64,000 nucleotides of DNA from Octopus vulgaris (taxonomy: Eukaryota). How positions within the stretch are numbered: the first letter of the stretch is position 1; every line of letters begins with the position of its first letter. Of this stretch, positions 1 through 11,424 are shown in pieces. The notes beneath the pieces were generated by a model. It was not told the DNA's origin. It worked only from the letters and a program-made list of their open reading frames with translations, and ran no database searches. The position numbers and the translations under genes are program-made. The stretch lies in NCBI GenBank assembly GCA_951406725.2, contig OX597814.1, positions 127,596,001-127,660,000 on the forward strand. Reading direction: 5' to 3'.

Positions 1-2193
1 TTTCTGCTACAAATATCAAGTCAGTGTTCATAGCCACTAAGAACTTGTATTAGAACAATAAATGTTAACATTTGTCGATGTGCACAAAGCTTTATCAAGC
101 AGAAATAAATTAGAGGTGAACAAAGCAGCGCTGAATGAAATATAGGTGTGTACAATCATATTTAACATGTTTGTGTACACTGAGAGATTTGGAAAAATGG
201 TCCAATAATGTCATTCATATCCCAATGGTGTGTTTTTCACAAACATTATTCGCAAGGAGCATATTTTCTGTTAAGACAATTTCTATGTCAGTGTTAACAT
301 GAAGATGTTAAATATGATTACATACTCCTATATTTCATTGAGCACTGCCTTGTACACTTCTAATTAATTAATTCCAGCACGACAATGCTTTGCTCACATC
401 AGCAAAAGTACTATTTGTTGTTGTAATATAACAACAACAAAGTAATATGTTCTCATGGAAGACTGGAAACAACCAGCCTCACTTGCATGATGATGATGTT
501 CATTTACAACCATGTTGTGATGACTAGACAACAGTGTACACACACACACACACACACTCACTCACAACAGGCTTCTTTCAGTTTCCATCAACCAAATTCA
601 CTCACAAAGTTTTGGTTGCTCAAAAAACTTGTCCAAAGTGCTGTGCTGTGGGAATGAACCCAAGACCACATGATTGGGAAGCAAGTTTCTTAACCACACA
701 AGCATACCTACAATTTATATATAAAAACAAAAAAAAAAAACACTGCTGGACAATCCAACTTCTATAACAATTCTTACATATACAGAATCCACATCAACAA
801 CTCCTCTTTGAGGCATATATTCTTTATCCCATCTTTGCTGTCCCTATTATACACTATATTTCAAATTAATTATTAAATGAGGTGTCTGTTATTACATTCA
901 ATCTACTTTTACAACTCTGTTTAAATCAGAGTCAGTTTCTCTGACCTAAAGTCTCTTTCCTTCATCATAAAAAAGTCATCTGCTCTTTCTACTGTTCTCC
1001 AAACTCCTGCATCTATTAACAGTTGTTCGGACATCTTTCATCCAATGGGAATAAGTAAGCATTACTTTTGACAAATAAATCTAAATGCTAAGGAGTTAAA
1101 CTAAACATTTTGGTGAATCTTTATTGAAGCATAAACTTATCAGTATTGCCAAACTTTAAAATTATTGATGTATATGTACACATGAGTAAGCGCATAAATG
1201 CAAAACAAAGTGGAAAAAATAGTACTCAAATACCAAAGGTAGAGTAATTTGCTTTTTTAATTATTGAAGCTGCAGAAACATCACAAAAAACTGTTACTCT
1301 TTCATCCTTCACTGGGGACAGCTATCTCAATTCACCTCAATCTAATTTCTTTCAGTAGCACCAAGGACAGAAATAATTCCACATCTCAAGGAATCACCCT
1401 CTCTACACATGAACAACACACAACTAAATACTTCACAATATATAATTACGCCCTCTCTCTCTCCCTCTCCTGCTGACCCTCAAACAGAAAATCCACAAAA
1501 CTGCAAACGCTGACCATCCTCTTCAAAGTCAGAAACCACTTCATTGTCAATCACTTGTTGGCTCCCTGCAAAGTTCAAGTGTGACCCAGATTAGAACACT
1601 GCTCATATATCAGGACAATGCAGATGCTGTTACACACACATATATAACCTACATCATTACCAAATAAACCATCCAGCTAATTGATGAAGATTCAGTCAGC
1701 AAGCATTGCAACCTCTGGCACAAAGAGATACTCTTTCTTCCCTCCACCTTCTCTACATCTGCTTTAATGTGTTCTGCCCTTCTGAAATAGCAACGTTTGT
1801 TCCATTTTCATAATCGGTTTGCAAGATTTTTGATGTAACCCCATTTGCTGAAACATAATTTTGTTGTATGTTGGAAGGACCATTATGCCAATAATAAACA
1901 CCTGTACTTATTCTACCTGGAGTAGAGAGAGCATGTCACTGATGGCAATGAAAGGACTTGACAAACCTAGCTAACTGGACTGACCAAATGATTAATCAAA
2001 TAATTGATTAGCTAATTGGTTTAATGATTAACCAACTGACTAATAAAAAATAAAGAAGTAAAATAGAATCAGGGCATGTGTTTATTATTAGCATAATGAC
2101 CCTCCCAAATACAACAAAAATATTTAATCCACATCTGACAAAGTCCACTGGTTAACTACTTGTTATTCCAAATATTTCATCCATTCAGACCCT

Positions 2194-2585
2194 TAACCTT
2201 CAGTATTTAATCCAGCCATAGCCAGCCCAAATATTCAATTTGGTTTATGTTACAAATGACCAGATCCAACCTCTCACAGCCGCTCTATAATGTCATCCTA
2301 AAAATTTACAAACATACCTAGCTACGGCGGTACATATTCTAAAATTGGAATGATACAGAGAAGATTAGCATGGCTCCTGCACAAGGACGACATGCAAATT
2401 CATGAAGCATTCCATATTTTTTTTTAAGGCGGTGCTCCAGCATGGCTGCAGTCAAATGACTGAAACAAGTAAAAGAATAAAAGAGATACCATTGAAATTT
2501 TAAAGCTACAAGATAAAGCATGATTAATTCAAACCAATAAGTAAGCATTACTTTTGACAAAGAAATCTGAATGCTAAGGAGTTAA
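2194..2585. mobile_element. TTAA-ended MITE-like element, interrupted by the U6 chimera
   Basis: Ends ttaaccttcagtattta ... tgaatgctaaggagttaa form a degenerate inverted repeat bounded by TTAA (piggyBac-like). No coding capacity. Confidence 0.45.
2314..2425 (+). pseudogene. U6: U6 snRNA retropseudogene (full length)
   Basis: Colinear with U6: 5' stem-loop (G/A)TACC-TA-GC-TACG-GC-GGTAC, ACAGAGA box, AAGATTAGCATGG, ISL, TTCCATAT9. Several differences are CpG-decay type (AACG>AATG, CACG>CATG, TCGT>TCAT, GCGT>GCAT). It sits inside a MITE and is followed by a retroelement tail. Confidence 0.9.
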
Positions 2586-2770
2586 ACATTTTGCTCAATC
2601 TTTATTGAAGCATAAACTTATCAGTATTGCCAAACTTTAGAATTATTGATGTATATGTACACACGAGTAAGCACATAAATGCAAAACAAGGTGGAAAAAA
2701 TAGTACTCGAATACCAAAGGTAGAGTAATATGCTTTTTTTCATTATTGAAGCTGCAAAAACATCACAAAA

Positions 2771-2862
2771 AACTGTTACTCAGAGTTTCACGCTTCCATT
2801 CGTCAGACACTTGTGATCACAACTGTCTGACAAACGGGAATGTGAAACTCTGAGTAACAGTT
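2771..2862. ncRNA. Spacerless palindrome with a type I hammerhead ribozyme motif on each strand (Penelope-like relic)
   Basis: Minus strand: tgt-CTGACGA-atggaagcgt-GAAA-ctctgag-TA-aca. Plus strand: aactgt-CTGACAA-acgggaatgt-GAAA-ctctgag-TA-acagtt, with the core G mutated. Centre at 2816/2817. Confidence 0.7.
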
Positions 2863-2908
2863 CTTTTGTTTTGGTTTTACATTATATATATATATACACA
2901 CACACACA

Positions 2909-3302
2909 CAAACCTGGGCACCAAACCGTTAATCTGTTACTAGTTAATTAACGAAGTTAAGATTTTCGTTAACGATTTAATTTTTAAGTTAACTTTGGAA
3001 ATCATTATCGGACTAATTTAACTTCCATTACATTTAACTTCTGTTAACTCAAGTCAACTTGAGATAACTTCCGTTAATTTCAATTGTTATAAGTTTTGGC
3101 ACTTTTTAAAGGTATTTTTCGGTGGTTTTAGTGCAAAAACTGATTTTTGTTTTTTTTTATAAATATTAACATTAATGGTTTATCAATAACTTCCCTTACA
3201 TTTTTAAAGAATTAACTGATTAACAGTTATTGAAGTTAACTTTTTGGTTAACAGATTATTGGTTAACGAAGTTAAATTTTCAATTAACAGTGCCCACCTT
3301 TG
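2909..3302. mobile_element. Non-autonomous DNA transposon (MITE) with internal AAGTTAAC/TTAAC repeats
   Basis: Termini CAAACCTGGGCAC / GTGCCCACCTTTG are an imperfect inverted repeat; many internal GTTAAC motifs; inserted in a microsatellite. Confidence 0.55.
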
Positions 3303-3384
3303 TATATATATATATATATATATATATAAAGGTGTAGTGTTTGTAAGAGTCTGGATTGAATTGATATATCGATTCCATTCTAGC

Positions 3385-3432
3385 AAAAACTGTCTGATGA
3401 ACGGCAACGAGAAACTCGGAGTAACAGATTTT
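3385..3432 (+). ncRNA. Minimal type I hammerhead ribozyme motif
   Basis: aaaaactgt-CTGATGA-a cg GCAA cg a-GAAA-ctcggag-TA-acagatttt. Intact catalytic core, stem I ctgt/acag, GNRA-capped stem II. Confidence 0.7.
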
Positions 3433-3459
3433 GTTGAATTTTCTGCTGCTTTAAATAAA

Positions 3460-3511
<52 letters not shown>

Positions 3512-5908
3512 AGGGTAAATAATTGATAGTTTTAAAAAAACCAACAATTATTTACGGGTAGATTTCGGTATGTAAATATAACCATTATCGGTAGGAACTT
3601 TTTTAAAAAAAGTTCTATATATATTTTTGTATATAAATATCGTTGCCAGCCTCGTCTGGCTGTTGCCAGCCTCGTCTGGCACCTGTGCAGGTGGCATGTA
3701 AAAAGCACCCACTACACCCACGGAGTGGTTGGCATTAGGAAGGGCATCCAGCTGTAGAAACACTGCCAGATTAGACTGGGCCTGGCGCAGCCTACTGGCT
3801 CCCCAGACCCCAGTTGAACCGTCCAACCCATGCTAGCATGGAAAACAGACGTTAAACGATGATGATATAACCTGTTGCCTGCCCCTTTTTATTTATATAC
3901 AAATATATATACATATATGTTTTATTGCAAAAATACTAATAGATGTGATAACTTAAATGAATGATAGTGGAAAACACCGAGAGTTGCTTATTTTTCATCA
4001 GGGTAGCCAATGTTAGAGGCACTGAAAATTTTGTGATGGACGGCACTGAGAGTCCAGTACCTGAGGTTCTATGGCTCTTTAGAAGAACCTGCTTAAGCAT
4101 CTGCCATGGAGGTATATTGGTCTAATCAGACAATTAGTCCTTCAACTAGTAGGACTAGCCCAACAAGTTGGTGCCACTCATGATAAGGGTGGGGTCCAAT
4201 ACAAAGCCCAACTATCAGCAGCAATACCCCTCTACCCAATACCTCACCCTCCTAACACAGCCTACTGTTTAGTCAGCAAGAATGAAATTACTGTTTTACA
4301 GAAATATCTAGACTGGGGTAGGAATAATAACATAAATGTTTGGTGATGGAGGCATCTGTAGTGGTAGTGGTAGTGGTTGTATTTGATGTGGTCATCTGTT
4401 GTGGTGATGGTATTTGATGCAGTCAGATACTGTCAGTGGTCATTTCATGTCAGATACTGTAGTGGTCATTTCATTTTTTCCCAAAGGTTTAGTCAAGAGG
4501 GCTTGGTAGTGTCCGTGAACTTTGCAGACCCACCAAGGGCTGTGCAACTACATTCAGTGTTAGTAGTGGTGGTGGTGGTGGTGGTGGTGGTAGTGCAGCA
4601 ACAGGACCATCAATGATTCAGCTGTTTACTTTCTAAACCGACTTTTGGTATTAACCAATCAGAACGTTTGTGTGTGAAATATTAAAATTATCAAAAAAAT
4701 CTTTCAACTTCTTCCTATTTTATGTCAGACACAACAGAGATACAGTCCAACTTTTGTGAAGAGAATGGCCTTATTTTATTGACTGGAATGGTCTGAAAAC
4801 AACTTATATAACCACAAAACTGTGATTGTGACGTTAAATTATCTGACAGCTAAACACAAACTTCTGAGTTCAAGTTATGCATCAGTCATTATTATGAGTG
4901 TAGATCTTCCATTGTTGTAAGTAGAAACGAAAATTTTATAGCTTTTTAATTGATTAATCTATGAAGGAGGGGTACACCTATGGTGCTTTTCAGAGCCTCT
5001 CAGAATGGTAGGAGGAAGTTGTTCTCAGATCAAAGACCTTCCTCAAATGCCTGCAACAAAGTGGACCCTGCTAAGGACACCCAAGGTCCAAGACATGATA
5101 TTCAAGTGGGTGATGGAATTTAACAGTCCTATGGCTTGCCAGCTCCTATCAAACCATCTGACCTATGCCAGCTTGGACATTAAATGATGATGATGATTAT
5201 GGATCAAATCTTCCATCCAATAACAGAAATAGGTTACCACACACTTCCATTTACCAAATTTCACTTATATGGCTTTGGTCAACCTGACACTATAGTAGAA
5301 GACTCTTGCTGAATGTGCCAGGCATTGGATTGAACCCAGTACCACATAGTTATGGAGCAAACTTCTTAACCACATCGCCATTTTGCTGGCTTCACTTATT
5401 AGACTGAGACCATGATCTGAACCCAAAACTTATACAGGGCACAGGCATGGCCATGTGGTTAAGAAGTTCATCCTGCAAACTTGTGTTTCTGGATTCAGTC
5501 CAGCTGTACAACATCTTGGGCAAATGTCTTCTATACAGCTTTGGATTGAACAATGCTTTATGACAGGAATTTTGTAGATGGAAACCCTATCATATAGCGT
5601 TGTCATCATTATCATCGTTTATGGTTGGATAAGACTTGTCAGGGTGGATGTCCTTCTTGATACATCATTTTATTGTCCATTTTCCCATGCTTGCTTGAAT
5701 GGGATGGAGTTTGTTTATTGAGGAAGATTTTCTATGGACAGATGTATTTCCTGTCGGCAACCCTTACTTAGTAATATTACCCCATGGTCAGACATGTTTC
5801 CTCAGAATATTCAAAGTGAATGACATTCGTTTATAAAAATTATGTGATGTTAAGACAAGGAAATACAAACACACACTCGTATGAATGCATGTGTGTATGT
5901 GAGTATGT

Positions 5909-7588
5909 ATCATCATCATCATCATTTAACGTCCGCTTTCCATGCTAGCATGGGTTGGACGGTTCAACTGGGGTCTGGGGAGCCCGAAGGCTGCACCAGG
6001 CCAGTCAGATCTGGCAGTGTTTCTACAGCTGGATGCCCTTCCTAACGCCAACCACTCCGAGAGTGTAGTGGGCGATTTTATGTGCCACCGACACAGGTGC
6101 CAGACGAGGCTGGCGAACGGCCACGCTCGGATGGTGTTTTTATGTGCCACCGACACAGGTGCCAGACGAGGCTAGCAGACGACCACGCTCGGATGGTGTT
6201 TTTTATGTGCCACCGACACAGGAGCCAGATGAGGCTGGCGATCAGCCACGATCGGATGGTGATTGTTACGTGCCCACAGCATGGAGGCCAGTCAGTGCGA
6301 CACTGGCTACGGCCACGTTCGGATGGTTTTCTCGTGTGCCACCGGCACTGGTACCACAAAGATACAAATTCCATTGATGTTCATCTATTTTGATTTTGTT
6401 TGATTTTTTGATTTGATTTTCACTTGCCTCAACAGGTCTTCACAAGTGTCACAAGAAGGAAGGTATGCACAGGTGGACTGACTACGTCCCAGGTAGGGGC
6501 CACGGGTTATGGCCTGACTAGTCTTGCCGGGTCTTCTCACGCACAGCATACTTCCATAGGTCTCGGTCTCTAGTCATTTCCTTGGTGAGACCTAAAATTC
6601 GAAGGTCGTGCTTCACCACTTCGTCCAAGGTTTTCCTGGGTCTACCTCTTCCACAGGTTCCCTCAACTGCTAGGGTGTAGCACTTTTGCACACAACTATC
6701 TTCAGCCATTCTCATCATATGACCATACCAGCGCAGCCGTCTCTCTTGCACACCACAACTGATGCTTCTTAGGTTCAACTTTTCTCTCAAGGTACTTACA
6801 CTCTGACGATTATGAACACTGACATTACACATCCATCGGAGCATACTGGCTTCATTTCTTGCGAGCTTACGCATATCCTCAGCAGTCACGGCCCATGTTT
6901 CACTACCATGTAGCATGGCTGTACGTACACATGCATCATACAGTCTGCCTTTTACTCTGAGCGAGAGGCCTTTTGTCACCAGCAGGGGTAAGAGCTCTCT
7001 AAACTTTGCCCAGGCTATTCTTACTCTAGCAGTTACACTTTCAGCACACCCACCCCCGCTACTGACTTGGTCTCCTAGGTAGCGGAAGCTATCAACTACT
7101 TCTAGTTTGTCTCCCAGGAACGTGGTAGAAGTTGGTCTCTGCACGTTTCCAGAGTTTATTTCTCCTGAGCATCTGCCACATACGAAAACTATCTTCCCAG
7201 TTAGCCTACCTTTGACATTGCTGCACCTCTTATGTGTCCATAGCTTACACTTGGTGCACCTTATAGAGTTTCTACCTACACCTTTTTTACAGATCGAGCA
7301 GGGCCATCTACCTGAAGTCGTTTGTGGTTGGTCCACCTTCCTACTTATTAGGACTTTGGTTTTGGCTAGGTTGATTCTAAGGCCCTTCGATTCTAATCCT
7401 TGTTTCCACACCTGAAACTTCTCCTCCAGTTCTGATAGTGACTCAGCAATTAGAGCAAGGTCATCAGCATAGAGGAGCTCCCAGGGGCATCCTGTCTTGA
7501 ATTCTTCCGTTATTGCCTGGAGGACTATGATAAATAGGAGGGGGCTGAGGACTGAACCTTGGTGGACCCCAACCTCTACCCGGAATGA
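5909..7588 (-). mobile_element. 5'-truncated RTE-clade LINE (RT C-half, structured 3' UTR, (GAT)n tail)
   Basis: ORF 6518-7630 has GVHQGSVLSPLLF, YADD, LRINLAKTKVL, FRYLG, RRLRWYGH and GRGRPRK. The 3' UTR has ~60-bp repeats and a (CAT)n tail on the plus strand. The first ~14 aa of the ORF call come from the adjacent SINE. Confidence 0.9.
6518..7588 (-). CDS. RTE reverse transcriptase fragment with inserted PHD-like zinc finger
   Basis: Uninterrupted frame; YADD motif; C-x2-C...C-x2-C-x4-H-x2-C...C-x2-C at about 7169-7300. Confidence 0.8.
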   Translation of the reverse strand, partial: SFRVEVGVHQGSVLSPLLFIIVLQAITEEFKTGCPWELLYADDLALIAESLSELEEKFQVWKQGLESKGLRINLAKTKVLISRKVDQPQTTSGRWPCSICKKGVGRNSIRCTKCKLWTHKRCSNVKGRLTGKIVFVCGRCSGEINSGNVQRPTSTTFLGDKLEVVDSFRYLGDQVSSGGGCAESVTARVRIAWAKFRELLPLLVTKGLSLRVKGRLYDACVRTAMLHGSETWAVTAEDMRKLARNEASMLRWMCNVSVHNRQSVSTLREKLNLRSISCGVQERRLRWYGHMMRMAEDSCVQKCYTLAVEGTCGRGRPRKTLDEVVKHDLRILGLTKEMTRDRDLWKYAVREKTRQD

Positions 7589-7591
7589 CAG

Positions 7592-7808
7592 AAGGCAGTG
7601 AGCTGGCAGTAACATTAGCATGCCAAGCAAAATGCTTAGCAGTATTTCATCTGGCTTTACGTTCTGAGTTCAAATTCCACTGAGGTCGACTTTGCCTTTC
7701 ATCCTTTCATGGTCGATAAATTAAGTACCAGTTGCATACTGGAGTTGAACTAATCTACTGGCACCCCCTTCCTAAAATTCTGGGCCTTGGCCTAGAGTAG
7801 AAAAGAAA
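7592..7808 (+). mobile_element. tRNA-derived SINE, family A (central gtcgactttgcctttcatcc domain)
   Basis: A box (gagctggcag), B box (gagttcaaattcc) and a conserved core. Related copies at 8615-9059, 19140-19280, 42965-43130, 47986-48218, 54490-54702 and 55370-55480. Confidence 0.75.
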
Positions 7809-8319
7809 ATATACGTATAACAGGCTCCTTTCATTTTCCATCTACCAAATTATTCACAAGGTTTTTGTCAGCCTGAGGCTATAGGAAAAAAATGCTTGCT
7901 CAAGGTGCCATGCAGTAGAGCTGAACCTGAAACCACGTGGTTGGGAAACAAACGCCTTAACCACACAGCCATATCAACTCCTCAACCTAATTTGTTTTTC
8001 AAGTGAGGTACTTATTCCATGACTTCATATAAGCTACCAAGTTGTAAGACAAATATTATCACCACTTACTGAATGGTGTCAACACAGAAATACATGGATA
8101 CAATTGCATTCCACAGAATATATGTGTGTGTGTGAGTAGATATGGCTATGTAGTTACAGATTTTGTTTTACAGCTGCAGAAGTTCTTTCCAACCCATGCC
8201 AACATGGAAAAAAAATGGCTCATAAAATAAATGATGATGATGATGATAGTGGTGGTATATATGTGTGTTGTTTGCTGATGTATATAAATTAATAAAGAAA
8301 TGCTTTAGAATAAAAAATA

Positions 8320-9900
8320 TCAGGGAATCAAAGGGTCTTAAAGTAAATTTAGTAAAGACCAAGGTCCTACTAAGCAAAATATCAGACAGGACCCTTCACC
8401 CTTCTGGTAAATGACCCTACTCAATATGTAGGAAGGGTGTAAGCAGAAATTCTGTTTGGTGTACTCAATGTAAGTATTGGACACACAAGAGGTGCAGTGG
8501 AATAGCAGGAAGGTTAACAGAAAAAGTAGTGTTTGTATGTGGAAGATGTATGGAAGCCATAAAGAACACAAATACATAGGAAACTGATTTTGTTAAATGC
8601 CCCAGTGGCTCTCTTATTTCTTTACTGCCCACAAGGGGCTACTCTCAGAGGGGACAAACAAGGACAGACAAACGGATTAAGTTGATTATATCGACCCCAG
8701 TGCGTAACTGGTACTTATTTAATCGACCCCAGTGTGTAACTGGTACTTATTTAATTGACCCTGAAAGGATGAAAGGCAAAGTCGACCTCGGCAGAATTTG
8801 AACATAATGGCAAAAGAAATACCTATTTCTTTACTACCCACAAGTGGCTAAACACAGAGGGGGCAAACAAGGACAGACAAATGGATTAAGTCGATTATAT
8901 CGACCCCTGTGCATGACTGGTACTTATTTAATCGACCCCAAAAGGATGAAAGGCAAAGTCGACCTCAGCGGAATTTGAACTCGGAACATTACAGCAGACG
9001 AAATACGGCTACGCATTTCACCCGGCGTGCTAATGATTCTGCCAGCTCGCCACTGTCGTCCCAGTGGCTCTCTGGTAGATAACTTCAGTTACCTAGGTGA
9101 CCTAATTAGCAGTGAGGAGGTTGTGCAGAAAGTGAAATTGCTAGAATAAGAATAGGATGGAGAAAGTTCAGAAGCTTTTACCTCTTTTGGCAACCAAAGG
9201 TCTCTCTTTGAGTGAAGGGAAGATTGTATGATGCATGTGCATGAACTGTGATACTATATGGTAGTGAGACTTGGGCCCTGAATGGGGAGGGCATGTAAAG
9301 GCTGGAGAAGAATGAAGCTAGTATGCTCTACTGGATGTGCCATGTCAGTGTGCATGTACAGTAAAGTGCTAGTGTATTAAGAGGTATAAGAGGAATTAGA
9401 TGTAGTGTGCAAGAGAGGAGACTGCATTGGTTTGATCATGTGATGCAGATGGATGAAGACAGTTGCATTAAGAAGTTCTGATCACTTTAAGTGGAGGGAA
9501 GTTGTAGAAAATGGAGACCCAGGAAGACATGAGATGAAGTACGGAAGGTTGATCTCAAAACACTGAATCTTATGAAGAAGATGACAGAGGACCGAGATAT
9601 GAAGCGCATTGCTATACTCAAAAAGACATGCCCACCACATGAGAATTGAAATCCTAAAACTAAGGTATTATACTCAAAAAGACATACCCACCACAACAGA
9701 GCTGATATCCTAAAACTACGGTGCTACATAAAAAGCATCCAGTCTATGCAGTGGTTGACATTAGGAAGGGCAGCAAGCTGGAGAAACCATGCTAAAACAG
9801 ACTATGGAATCTGGTGTGGCTCCTAGAATTCCTGGTTTCTGTCGAGCCATCCAACCCATGCCAGCATGGAAAAATGGATGTTAAATGTTGATGATGATGA
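8320..9900 (+). mobile_element. Decayed RTE LINE copy, interrupted by a SINE
   Basis: Degenerate homologue of 6518-7588 (KVNLVKTKVL, zinc-finger remnant, YLG, RPRKT) ending in a GAT-repeat tail. Confidence 0.75.
8615..9059 (-). mobile_element. Partially dimeric family-A SINE with 14-bp target-site duplication
   Basis: TSD CCCAGTGGCTCTCT at 8601-8614 and 9060-9073; body duplicated in tandem. Confidence 0.85.
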
Positions 9901-9990
9901 TATTTGTCCAAATTGCACAGATATCACCTATCATTCTCACTGCTGTAAATGGTACAAATTAGTGATTGGCCTGTTAGTAAACGAAATAAC

Positions 9991-10046
<56 letters not shown>

Positions 10047-10726
10047 TAATAATAATAAACTTATTGTATGGGCCCATATTACAGGCTTTAATGCACTAAA
10101 AACTTTTTCCCTGAATATCTACTGTTGAAATTAGGGTGTATTTAATATGTCTCTGCATCATTTATGCCACCAGATATAGGATTTAATGGGGATGCAGCAC
10201 AAGAGTCCATGAGTTATCTTTGTAAACCCTTATACATGGCTATGTACAGAAACTCACACTGCTATTATCCTCAATATCACTACACAGTATCTGAGCAAAT
10301 GTCTTCCATCACGACCCTCCCTCAGTTGACCAAAGCCTTGAGAGTAAAATCTAGCAGTGGGAAACTAAATGTTAACCAATTGGTGGGACCATTCTTATTC
10401 TTGGATGATAGACTTAATCTGTTGCTCTATTCTAAAACCACCTCATGGGCCTTGGGTACCTTTAGGGGAGTCCACTCTGTTTCAAGATTTTAGGACAGGT
10501 TTCCAATCTGAGGATACCCCATGAGTTGCAGTGTTTTACTCTCTTTTCTTTTCTCTATCTCATCTCAGAGACTAAAAAACAAAAAAAAAAGAAATCATGG
10601 GCAATGCCCTTTCCAAAAATTTAAAAAAAAAAACAAGTAAAAAAAACATTAAAAATTATGATTGCGGGACCTATCAAAGATTTACAGAAAATGATTTAAA
10701 CTTGGAAGAATGATCTATAGTCTAAA

Positions 10727-11120
10727 GAGTGGCTGTGTGGTAAGTAGCTTGCTTACCAACCACATGGTTCCGGGTTCAGTCCCACTGTGTGGCACCTTGG
10801 GCAAGTGTCTTCTATTATAGCCTCAGGCTGACCAAAGCCTTGTGAGTGGATTTGGTAGACGGAAACTGAAGGAAGCCCGTTGTATATATGTGTATATATG
10901 TATATATATATGTATGTGTGTGTGTTTGTGTGTCTGTGTTTGTCCCTCCAATATCGCTTGACAACCGATGCTGGTGTGTTCACGCCCCCGTAACTTGGTA
11001 AAAGAGACCGATAGAATAAGTACTAGGCTTACAAAGAATAAGTCCTGGGGTTGATTTGCTCGACTAAAGGCGGTGCTCCAGCATGGCCGCAGTCAAATGA
11101 CTGAAACAAGTAAAAGAGTA
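10727..11120 (+). mobile_element. CORE-type tRNA SINE, tail type 1 (GGCGGTGCTCCAGCATGG...GAAACAAGTAAAAGA)
   Basis: tRNA head (tggctgtgtggtaag...ggttcagtccc), CORE-like ccttgggcaagtgtctt, microsatellite middle, stem-loop tail. Other copies at 16955-17410, 17425-17905, 32317-32713(-) and 57175-57555(-). Confidence 0.8.
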
Positions 11121-11424
11121 ACACAGAACACAAAATCCCAGCGCCACCTGGAAAGTGGGCTTACATGATATCTAGAAAGGGAATTAATTGGAATGCACTA
11201 ATACTGTGTACTAAGTATTCTAGGCGCTAGACTGAACCTGGTGCTAAATTTACATTACAAGCAGGCCCCTGGGTGTTTTTTTTGCAAGCATTCAGGCCAA
11301 GTCTTCAATCCAACTTCCTTCCTTACACCAAGCAGTTTCATAGGCCCTGAAAGGCATCCCTGCCCTTCTTCTTATGAGCAACCCAATAAGAAAATAAGGA
11401 GAATAAAAAAGAAAGAAGAATGAC

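Noticed and set aside
2314-2425. Functional U6 snRNA gene
   Set aside because: CpG-decay substitutions in conserved positions, location inside a MITE, no evident upstream promoter, and a retroelement tail.
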